Source: Octopus sinensis (lineage: Eukaryota). Taken from it: a stretch of 64,000 nucleotides of DNA. The notes beneath the pieces were generated by a model. That model saw nothing but the letters and a program-made list of their open reading frames with translations, searched no databases and was not told where the DNA came from. The translations under genes were made by a program, and so were the position numbers. Location: the NCBI RefSeq assembly GCF_006345805.1, contig NC_042998.1, positions 91,760,001 through 91,824,000 of the forward strand, given 5' to 3'. Shown here piece after piece: positions 54,309 to 64,000 of this stretch. Each line of letters begins with the position of its first letter. Within the stretch, counting starts at the first letter, position 1.

Positions 54309-54929
54309 GTAAGCTTACTTTTGTATTTCCTACATTCATTTTTATTTATTTTTTTTTTGTTATTCATTTAAGTTAAGTACTTATATTTAAGTTATATTCT
54401 GTTGAAATTTTCAGTATTTAAAATATAAGCTTCCAATTATGATTATGTCATGTTAAATTCTATAATAATATAGGAGATATAATAAGTTTGTTAGTTCACA
54501 ATTTTGAAGGGAACAATATCATTTAGACTTTATATATCTAATGACAATTGTGGTACAAAATTCAATTTAATCATAGAAAGATGATCCTCTTACAGAGGAT
54601 TATTAAAATTTTTAAGGTTTTGGTTTTTGAACATTTTTGAAAATTATCCTTGTTAGCACTGCACTATTGTGTCACTAAAATAGTCTTTGAGTTTGCTTGT
54701 GCCAGACCTTTCTTTAACTGCAAGTAAGCCTTGTATGGCAACAATAGATACTTTTGTACTGGTGTTGTGAATGATCAATACAGATCAGTCTCAACATTCC
54801 TGCATCTTTTTAAGTCAAATTAAATTAAAAAAACTTAGATTTAGTTTTGGTAATGTTAATTTGAAATAATGCTTTATATTTTATAATACACTTTTGCAAG
54901 TATTTAAATTTATGTACATGTATTTGCAG

Positions 54930-55235
54930 ATGCTCCATCAAGACCTATTGGACCATTATCTGTAAATAACATAACAAAATCATCGGCTGTGATATCATGG
55001 AAGCTTAGTGAAAATTATGGTGGATCACCAATCATAAGTTATATCACTGAAAAGAAAGAGACTTGGAAGTCTTCATGGGCAATGGGTGAAAGGGTTCCTG
55101 CAAATACTACATCATGTGAATTAACTTTCCTCTCTGAAGACTGTGAATATCATGCACGAGTGTTTGCTGAAAACAGCGCTGGGCTGTCTGAACCATTGAT
55201 GACTACTGAACCATTCTTGGTCAGAAGTCCTTACG
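54930..55235 (+). CDS. FN3 exon 63 (c4)
   Basis: 306 nt; APSRPIGPL...KETWKSSW...VRSPY. Confidence 0.9.
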
Positions 55236-55359
55236 GTAAGTTCTTGCTGATAAACAGTTTGAATCAACCCATGCCAGCATGAAAAGGTGGACATAAAATA
55301 ATGATGATAATGATGTAATTTTGCTTAAGGAAAACTACAAATATAATTTATCATAAATA

Positions 55360-56150
55360 CATAGGAGTGGCTGTGTGGTAAGTAGCTTGCTTACCAACCA
55401 CATGATTCTGGGTTCAGTCCCACTGCGTGGCACCTTGGGCAAGTGTCTTCTACTGTAGGTTCAGGCCAACCAAAGCCTTGTGAGTGGATTTGGTAGTGAG
55501 TTATGGCTGTATCCTACACCAGTTTTGCATAACCAGCTCCAGCCCATTTAAAAGTACCTTGGATCATAGGACGATTTGCTGTGATTACCTTGGATCATAG
55601 GGTGACCTGCTGTGCTTGAGGAAACCTATTGAGTCAAGTACAACAACAACAAAATAAAAATCAAATGTAAATTGTAGTTGTGATACCTATGCTGGTGGCA
55701 CATAAAAAAGCACCATCCAAATGTGGCCGTTGCCAGTTTCCTCTGGCCCCTGTGCCAGTGGCAAGTAAAAAGCACCCACTATCACGGAGTGGTTGGCATT
55801 AGGAAGGGCATCCACTTGTAGAAATCTTGCCAGATCAGACTGCATTCTGATGCAGCCTCCTGGCTTCCCAGACCCCGGTCAAACCGTCCAACCCATGCTA
55901 GCATGGAAAACAGACGTTAAATGATGATGTATATATATATATAATATGTATATGTTTGTGTGTCTGTGTTTGTTCCCCAACCATCACTTGACAACCGATG
56001 CTGGTGTGTTTATGTCCCTGTAACTTAGCAGTTTGGCAAAAGATACCGATAGAATAAGTACTAGCCTTACAAAGAACAAGTCCTAGGGGTTGATTTGTTT
56101 GAATAAAGGTGGTGCTCCAGCATGGCCACCGTCAAATGCCTTAAACAAAT
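55360..56150 (+). mobile_element. SINE family 1 interrupted by a nested (ATG)n-tailed element
   Basis: SINE head 55360-55495, insert of about 55496-55929 ending atgatgatg, then the SINE 3' half resumes to about 56150. Confidence 0.65.
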
Positions 56151-56278
56151 AAAAAAATATTTTTTTGCATTGATAGTATGCTTTTGAATTAATATATGTA
56201 TATAGTATTCATATCATTATTTTGATATAGTCTTTTATGTTGCTTACACTGTACATTCTTTGACATCTCGTCTTACAG

Positions 56279-56578
56279 GTAAACCATCTGCTCCTCGAGA
56301 TCTGGATGTAAGTGAAGTTGGTGCTGACTTTGTTACTCTGAAATGGTCTGCACCAAAGAGTGATGGAGGAAAACCTATAAATTCCTATTCGATTGAGAAA
56401 CGAGATATGACTCGTATGATATGGGTCCATGTTACTGATGTTAAACCAGGATCAAGAGAATTTACTATCAAGAAACTTTTGGAAGGACGAAATTATCAAT
56501 TCAGAATCTCAGCTACAAATGAGGAAGGGGAAGGATCTTTTGCACAGTCTGATATTGTCAGCTGTGAAAAGCCTCCTG
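56279..56578 (+). CDS. FN3 exon 64 (d4)
   Basis: 300 nt; KPSAPRDLD...SCEKPP. Confidence 0.9.
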
Positions 56579-56799
56579 GTATGTATAACACTCAACAAAT
56601 ATTATGCTAATCATAGTAAATTTTCATAACAATTTTCATTTAGAATTCTTTTGAAATTCCATGCAATATATGAATGTTTTGGATAAAAAAATTAATTCTA
56701 ATGAAAGATTAATTTAAATATTTTGATATTGTTTTTCATTGTTTGTTTAAATTTCTGGTTTCCATTGAATGAAAATATGATTTTCTTTTCTCTCTTCAG

Positions 56800-57099
56800 A
56801 AAAACCAGATATTCCTTCAGGTTCTCTTCAACCTTGTCATGTAACAGAATCTTCTGTTACAATGGACTGGTTGCCTCCATATTATGATGGTGGTTCAAGA
56901 TTATTGTATTATATCCTGGAAATTAAAGAATCTGATTCAGATAAGTGGTTAGAGGTTACTAGAACACTAGATACCTCATGCCTCATACGTGGTCTTTTTG
57001 AAGGAATGGAATATGATTTCAGAGTGAGTGCTGTTAATGCCATTGGTGCTAGCAGACCACTGCCTACAGAAAAACCAGTAATTCCAACCAGACAATCAG
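56800..57099 (+). CDS. FN3 exon 65 (e4)
   Basis: 300 nt; KPDIPSGSL...IPTRQS. Confidence 0.88.
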
Positions 57100-57347
57100 G
57101 TATAATAAAAGATTCATAATTAATTTTAATAAATGTAATTAACTTTTTTCTTAATTTTTAACTCAGTTTTGAAGTGCAGACCTATGGTTGTGATGAATTT
57201 GTAAAATCAAAAACAATAATTGTGAAAGATATATAACAATCAGCAAATTTCGTGAAATTAAAATATTTACCCAGTTAAAATTAATCAGATATTTCAAATA
57301 TGTATTTCACCTATTCTTTAAAATCTCATTAAATTTTCTATTTTCAG

Positions 57348-57653
57348 AAACTCCTTCAATTCCACTTGGACCACTTAACGTTTCTGATATAACTCGTAAT
57401 TCCTCGACACTATCCTGGAAACGTCCCAGTGATGATGGTGGTTGTCCAATTATTGGATATCTGATAGAAAAATTGGATCTTGTTTGGGGCTTTTGGGTTA
57501 GAGCAGCATATGTTCCCGCAGAAGATACAAATTGCACTCTGCATGATTTAGCTGAAAACCATAGCTACAATTTCAGAGTTTATGCTCATAATGAAATTGG
57601 ATACAGTGAGCCTTTGGAATTGAGGGCCCCTGTGAAAATAAAGAGCCCATATA
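57348..57653 (+). CDS. FN3 exon 66 (f4)
   Basis: 306 nt; TPSIPLGPL...IKSPY. Confidence 0.9.
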
Positions 57654-58069
57654 GTAAGTTATTCTTTTATATTATTTATCGACATCAATACCTCATATAC
57701 TTATCCGTTCACAAATCTGACTTTATAAATTTCTTGTTTATTTCCATTTTTTAGTATGTGAATAAAAATTTTTTTACTAATAGCTAAAAAGAGCAAGTCA
57801 CATCGTTATTTCTAGAAAACAAGCTTCCTCCACATTACTTACATGTGTGTGTGTGTGAACACATATGTATATATGTAGTTCATTGAAACAAGTTCCATGC
57901 TACTGTGACCTTTTGAGGAAAAAACCATATGAAAATTGTTATGGCATAAAAATGGAGTTGACAGATAAACACAGAGTTTCAATAAAACCATATACTCTCT
58001 TATATATTAAGCACTAATTGCTCATTTATTCAACACATTTCAATGTTCATGTGTTTGTGTGTGTATGCC

Positions 58070-58190
58070 ACAGAGCTGCACCAGGTTTCAGTCTGATTTT
58101 GGCTTGGTTTCTATGGCTGGATGCACTTCCTAATGCCAAACACTCTAAGAGTGTAGTGGTTGCCTTTTATGCATCACTGGCACAGGTGCT
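58070..58190 (-). mobile_element. Partial SINE/LINE tail, reverse
   Basis: gctgcaccaggtttcagtctgattttggc...ggctggatgcacttcctaatgcc...gagtgtagtgg. Confidence 0.55.
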
Positions 58191-58400
58191 TTTGTGATGA
58201 CTGTAAAACTCTGGTCACTGATTTTGGTCAAGATTGGTGACTGCTTGGAGAAACCACAGTGCTTTAAGTATGCTCTTTCACTCTTTTCATACTAATCTAT
58301 CTGAAACTGCTCTAACATTTATGATATAAGCCTCCTGTTTTAAACTGATCTAAAGTTCCTTCCCTCAAAATTTTGTTTTAATATATCTTCTAAACACCAT

Positions 58401-58437
<37 letters not shown>

Positions 58438-58488
58438 TATATTTATATGCATAAATATGTAATTTGGATAATTTAAAACTATTTTCAG

Positions 58489-58785
58489 ATAAACCTTCAG
58501 CACCACAGAACTTGCATGTAACAGAAGTAACTGAAGATAGTGTCACACTGGAATGGACACGACCTCTTGATTTTGGTGGTACAGACTTGTATGGCTATGT
58601 GATTGAAAGATGTGATGGTAGTTCAACAAATTGGAGAGCAATTGGTAGAACCACACAAACAATGCATATGGTTGATGGTTTACAAGAAGGCCGTCAATAT
58701 AGATTCAGAGTGGCAGCAGAAAATGTTGAAGGCATTGGTAATGCTGTATGGCTTGCCTGTCCTGTTATGCCACGTAGACCAATTG
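58489..58785 (+). CDS. FN3 exon 67
   Basis: 297 nt; KPSAPQNLH...MPRRPI. Confidence 0.9.
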
Positions 58786-59311
58786 GTAAGATTTTATTTT
58801 TTTATTTATAAATTTTACAGCCTTTTTTTAGAATATTTAAATGGATTTAAACTTGTTAGAATTAATTTTGTAATTCATAAATTAAACATATTTCATCAGT
58901 CTGTACATTTTAGATTTGACAAAGTTTTGTAAGAAACATGATTATAAATATTTAAATTCTAAGCATTTTTCATCATTTGTATTGGTAGAAGTACACAGTT
59001 CTCAACAGCGGTTCTCATCCTTGGACTATATGACCCTTGAGGGCTCATATATGATTTTGTTGTTAGAATTCATCTGCACAAAATATTTTAAACAATTATT
59101 TTGTATACAATTCCTAATAATATTTAATTGTAAAAATATATGATCTTTTAAAACATCAAATGGTTAGGAAGGTCCTTTTGAATAAAATAGAATTCAAAGG
59201 TTTAAAATTTTCAACTAATTTTCAAAGTCTTGAATAAAATGCCTTCATATAGAAATGCCATCAAAAATATTAAAGTAAATTTCTTATAATAACTTTGCTT
59301 TTTGTCAATAG

Positions 59312-59611
59312 AACTTCCTGGAGTACCTGAAGATCTTGATATTGGACAAATTACTCAATGGTCTGCTTCCCTTTACTGGAGAAAACCAATTAATGATGGT
59401 GGATCTCCAATTACCACCTATGCAATTGAACAGAGTTGGGCAGGTTCTGACTGGACTGAAATTGTTACACTGGATGCTGCTGTACATTCATATACAGTCC
59501 GAGACCTCTATGAAAATGTTGAAACATATTACAGAATCAGAGCAAAGAATGTTGCTGGTTGGGGAGACTACAAAGAATTACCTCAAACAGTTGTACCTAA
59601 GAAGGCCCCAG
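59312..59611 (+). CDS. FN3 exon 68
   Basis: 300 nt, donor G|gtttgt; LPGVPEDLD...VPKKAP. Confidence 0.88.
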
Positions 59612-60063
59612 GTTTGTTTAACATAGAATCTTTCTCTTCAATTGTATATATATATATATTTTTTTTTTTTCAATATTTTCAATAGTTAACTAATCTGCAG
59701 TACATAAAGCTTGAGGAAGATATACATGATTTTGAAGAACCAATAAACATGATTTTTATATTGAAATTGAAACTTTGATATTGGTTTATATAAATATGAA
59801 AGCAAATGATAGCTAAATTTGCAATTATATGAATGACAAATAAAAAGAATTAAATTTTCTTGCAATTAATAACCTATCTAATTTCATTCAAAGAAATATC
59901 CAGAACTTTGATATAGTTGTGTGATTAAGAAGCTGTGTGTGGCTTTAGGTTTGATCGCATAGTATTGAATCTTGGGCAAGTCTTAGGCAGAGACTGTGCA
60001 TGCAGAAACATTTGTGTGTGTGTATGTGCGCACACGCATGCATGTGTGTGTTCATGTAGTTTT

Positions 60064-60286
60064 TTCTTGTTTCTGTCATTAGACTGTAGCCATGCTGTCG
60101 TACCACCGTGAAGGGTTTAATTGAGCAAATTTACCCCAGTACTTATTTTTTAAAGTGTTGTACTTATTGTTTTTGTTTCTTATTGCTGAACTGCTAAGTA
60201 ACAGGGACATAAACAAAACAACACTGGTTGTCAAGCAGTGGTTGGGGACAGACACAAACACACATATACATAGACACATACACATG

Positions 60287-60326
<40 letters not shown>

Positions 60327-60487
60327 CACACAATAGGCTTCTTCCAATTTCCATCTATTAAACCCAGTCACAAAGCTTTGGTCAGCCTGAGGCTATAGTA
60401 GAAGGTACTTGCTGAAAGTAACATGCAGTCAGATTGAACTCAGAACCATATTGCTGGGAAGTAAGTTTCTTACCACACAGCTATGCC
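60064..60487 (-). mobile_element. SINE family 1, reverse orientation
   Basis: Reverse complement of the 2884 copy, with internal (TA)n. Confidence 0.7.
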
Positions 60488-60795
60488 ACATGTGTGTATG
60501 TTTGTCAGTACCTATAGCTGTGTTTTTGTTTACTTATGCAAATAAGGTATTATGTCCTTTTATGTCAAGGGGCAACTTAGTAATCTAAAAATAAGAAATC
60601 AATAAAATAAATTCCAAGCTAGCATAAGTACTGAGTTTGACATAATTGTTTAATATCCTTGAAAGCAGTGCACCCCAAATGGCTACAGTCCAATGAATGA
60701 AGCTAATAACTTAATAAAATAAATTAAACATATATTACAAGTGAGTAAAAATGAAATTAATGCTTATACCATTTTCGTTTTTGTTTTTCGTCCAG

Positions 60796-61101
60796 GTTGC
60801 CCATCAGTTCCTATTGGGCCAATAATTATCAAAGATGTTAATGAAGACAATGTTACCATTGAATGGTCACCCTCTGTTATGGATGGTGGAGCTCGTATAC
60901 TCGGTTATATTGTTGAAAGGTTTGACAGACGAAACAGTGCCTGGCGAAAATGTACTCGTGTGTCTGCTGATTCTACTAATGCTTATATCAGAAGCCTTGT
61001 ACCCGGAGATTCTTACCAATTTAGAGTCATGGCTTTTAACGAAGTTGGACTTAGTCTTCCATTGGAAACTGAGATTATTGTTCTTCCCAAAGCATCAGCA
61101 G
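60796..61101 (+). CDS. FN3 exon 69 (last FN3 exon in the window)
   Basis: 306 nt; CPSVPIGPI...LPKASA. Confidence 0.9.
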
Positions 61102-61247
61102 GTAAATCATTTATTTATATTTCATTAATCTAAAAGCTTGCATTTTATTTCTATTTACACCTTTACAGCAATTACATTCATTTCCCATGTACTTAGAATA
61201 TTAAAAAATGTAACTTGGTCATGTTTAATATCCATTTTTAAATCTAG

Positions 61248-61380
61248 AAAGGGCGTCCAGCCATAAAACACCCTGCCAAAACAGACAGTGAAGCCTGGTG
61301 CAGTCTTCTGCTTAGCCAGCTCCTGTCAAACCTTCCAACCCATGATAGCATGGAAAATGGACGTTAAATGATGATGATGA
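61248..61380 (+). mobile_element. SINE/LINE 3' tail, forward
   Basis: gggcgtccagccataaaac...ccaacccatgatagcatggaaaatggacgttaaatgatgatgatg. Confidence 0.6.
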
Positions 61381-62852
61381 TATCTATACACATATATGAT
61401 AATTCTGCTTAGGCATAGGGATACTAAATGCCAGTTGTTAGAACTCAATATACTCATGCTTTACAGTAGTAAACAGTCATATAATATCAATTAATGAATG
61501 ACATAAGAACAGGAGTTACTTAATCACTTTGATCTGCTTACAGCTGTTTCTGTTTTAAGCAAACATGCACCCAGCACTGAGTGTTCATGCAACATCTTAT
61601 AGCTTCCCCAGAGCCAAACTGCTACACTTTTGTCATTCATTAAATGATATATATTTAATGAATATTGATTGTTTTAAACATGTCATTTCATTAGATTTTA
61701 ATAGGTATGCTAACTTTTACGAGGTGCTTCAGTGCATTGTTAAAAACTCAAAAATATCATTCTTCATCATCATTTAAATTTATTCCATTATTCCATGCAA
61801 ACACTCACTGTTTAGGGTTTAGCCTCTATTTCCTCAACTTTCACTATTTGTCTGTTCTAAATCTTCTAAATCAGTTTGGTTGGCTTCTTTCTTGGTAGGC
61901 CCTTCACATGTTTATTTTAATTTACATATTTTCTTATTGCATAGTCATGATATGCCTCTTGCTTGCAAATAGCAAATGTTGCTTTAAATCTTCAGCCACC
62001 ACTTTTATTTGTTCTATTTTGATTTCATAATTTTGTTGGAATATATGTAATCATCACAGTTATTTAACCTGCAGGTTTTTAAATTTCTTTTCTCTATTTC
62101 AATGCTTGTACTGCTATTGGTATAACACTTCAGTTTATTATATCATAAACCATCACCAGTGCTTCTTTATCTTTAAGCTACTAGCAGAAATTATGCCATT
62201 AGATCTTCCATGCTGTTCTATTTTGAATAATATTTGTTTGAAGCAATTATAATGCTTACTATATGCTACATTATCAGTTGAATGACATTTGAACTTCTCA
62301 TCTGAACATTGTGGAAAATTTATTTCTCAAACTTTATTTCCAGTCTAACCTGTCTCATATTTAGGTGGTTGGTGACAAACTGATCTCCGCTTTGTTTACT
62401 TGGTGAGGAGAATGTATGGGCACCCAGCAGGTTTAGAAATAAAACTTGTCAAAAGGTGGAAGAGTTTCTCACGCAGAAATCTCAATGGCTAACCATTCTT
62501 GGAGAGAAGACAGGGATCATCATAACACAACAGGGATATCTACCTATTGAAATACACAAAATTAGCCTTTAAAACTCATTATTTCAAGGTCCATAAAGTA
62601 CCTCCTCTTTCCCCACTCTCTCTCTTTTTCCCTCCCTCATGCACTTTCCTTCTGGGATAAACTGTCTGCAGTCAAAACTGGAAAAGGATGGGCTCTGTCA
62701 AGTGTAAAATGTTTAAGACGTGATGTATTTTATGATGGTTCCCCTATGACTACATCAAGAGTTGAGGGCTGAAGTAAAGAACACATACCAACTATATATA
62801 TATAGATAGATAGATAAACATATATACATATATATATACACACACGCACAAG

Positions 62853-63067
62853 GTTGGGTGCTGAAAAGTTCCTGGCTTTGGGTAAAAAAAATATAGGAGG
62901 ACCAGTTAATGATGATTTTATGCAACATATTCCCCTCTCAGATTCTCACACTTTTTGCGGTGGTCCTTCAGTTTTTCTAAATCCTGCAAAAGAGCTCGGA
63001 ATGCTGGGCCTCCAACCAGGCCTATTGTGGTATCCTTTAAGCCAGGAACTTTTCAGCAACCGTCATA
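62853..63067. mobile_element. Mariner-type MITE, about 215 bp
   Basis: Terminal inverted repeats gggtgctgaaaagttcctggctt (62856-62878) and aagccaggaacttttcagcaacc (63039-63061) match at 22/23 positions. The flanks are TA-rich. Confidence 0.75.
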
Positions 63068-63278
63068 TATGTGTGTGTGTGCATGTATACATATCTATGT
63101 TAATTTTAAATGTTAAATTGTATATCTCATTGTTTAAATATTTTTAATTTGTACATAAATTTTAAATGATTTTTTACAAGAAACAACTTTTGTATAGATT
63201 ACTCACTTTGGCAATTCATAGACCAACCACGGTGAGCCTTAAAATTTCACACCATTTTTGACTATTCTTATTCTTCAG

Positions 63279-63886
63279 AGAGCCAGATGGCTTTACAATT
63301 GTTCCGTGGTCACCAAATGTTATCGGTTTCTCAGGACTACACATATGAAAGATCAGAAAGATCAGAACAGCAAACACATAGACCTATAATACCATTACCC
63401 TACCACTCAACTCAAGAACAGTTGGACCAATCTCATGACAGCCAATATTATAGACAGCTTTATGAAACAACACGTCAACATGAGCTTGATCTAAGTCAGC
63501 ATCATGCACATAATCTGCGTTATTATGATTATTCTACAATATTCTCTGATTATGAATCATCTTATCTCGCTGATTATGAGACATCTCTCCGTCTCACTCG
63601 TCAGCCATATTATGAAAATATTTATCCAGTAACACAAATTCGAAATTATCACCAAGTGCCAAATCTGGAAACTGACACTTCATCATCTATGGATGTATAC
63701 CGAATAAGGTATTCTGATTATGCAACCTTATACCGTGAATCTCAGTTGTCAGAGGCTGAACACCAAGAATCCCGAAGCCACCAAGTATCACGGAACTACG
63801 ACAGGCACCATGTGCAACAGAGGCAATATCAAGTAAATGCCTCTAGTCAGTTTACTCAACAACATCAGGGCCACCGAAGCAGGTAA
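63279..63886 (+). CDS. Candidate non-FN3 exon 70: about 200 aa, Tyr/Gln/Ser/His/Arg-rich, low complexity
   Basis: The acceptor ttattcttcag|AG AGC CAG ATG is phase 1 and in frame with ORF 63287-63886, matching the exon 69 donor. It ends either at TAA 63884-63886 or at the donor AG|gtaaca after 63882. Confidence 0.6.
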
Positions 63887-64000
63887 CATAACTCTCACTG
63901 CTGCTTGCAAAATGGTCCAGGTTGATACCTTTCTAAATCCAATCCATATTTACCAATGATCCCTGAGTGTGACCTACATTGGTGTTGAATTGAAACCTTT

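Larger units (their letters stand above)
1835..63886 (+). other. Partial multi-exon gene for a giant titin/twitchin-like protein: uninterrupted array of 69 FN3 domains plus a downstream non-FN3 exon
   Basis: 69 AG/GT-bounded phase 1-1 exons join into one open frame of about 6,995 aa. Each has the intracellular muscle-type FN3 signature (P-x-P-x-G-P-L, W-x-x-P-x-x-D-G-G-S-P-I-T-x-Y, Y-x-F-R-V-x-A-x-N-x-x-G). No start codon, Ig or kinase exon is seen in the window. Confidence 0.9.

Noticed and set aside
4018-57537. Minus-strand ORFs overlapping exons (e.g. 4842-5174, 8582-8848, 32598-33044, 43641-44024)
   Set aside because: These are antisense shadows of FN3 exons. They track exon positions and duplicates, and show no independent protein motifs or splice structure.
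19387-60361. ORFs such as MYIYIYIY..., LLLLLL and YYYYY
   Set aside because: They are translations of TA/TG/ATT microsatellites.
1835-61101. Dscam-like mutually exclusive exon array or CRISPR-like array
   Set aside because: The exons follow a strict ordered periodicity and join in frame in series. I found no shared docking or selector sequences and no repeat-spacer structure. Serial inclusion is the simpler reading, though RNA data are needed.
63222-63231. Possible 10-nt microexon (ag|accaaccacg|gtgagc)
   Set aside because: It is not a multiple of 3, needs a 47-nt intron (the shortest I found here is 114 nt) and would shift exon 70 into a frame that stops after about 23 codons.
1835-63886. 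Assigning a gene symbol (titin, twitchin/unc-22, projectin/bent)
   Set aside because: The FN3 style matches that family, but the lack of Ig and kinase domains means orthology cannot be established from this window.

Overview
AT-rich eukaryotic genomic DNA. The SINE, MITE and microsatellite content looks like an Octopus-type cephalopod genome; this is recognition from memory, not a database hit. The whole window lies inside one + strand gene. I can place 69 consecutive exons (1835-61101), each encoding exactly one titin/twitchin-type fibronectin type III (FN3) domain. Each is bounded by AG/GT, symmetric phase 1-1 and 294-306 nt long. Together they give 20,985 nt, about 6,995 aa, with no Ig exon in between. 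The domains follow a strict 3-domain beat. It is organised as a 9-domain super-repeat (classes A-I, exons 1-42) and then switches to a 6-domain super-repeat (classes a-f, exons 43-69). A phase-compatible non-FN3 Tyr/Gln/Ser/His-rich exon follows at 63279. The gene start, and probably its end, lie outside the window. Introns carry SINEs, an RTE-type LINE remnant, a mariner remnant, a MITE, a Helitron-like element, a long foldback palindrome and microsatellites.
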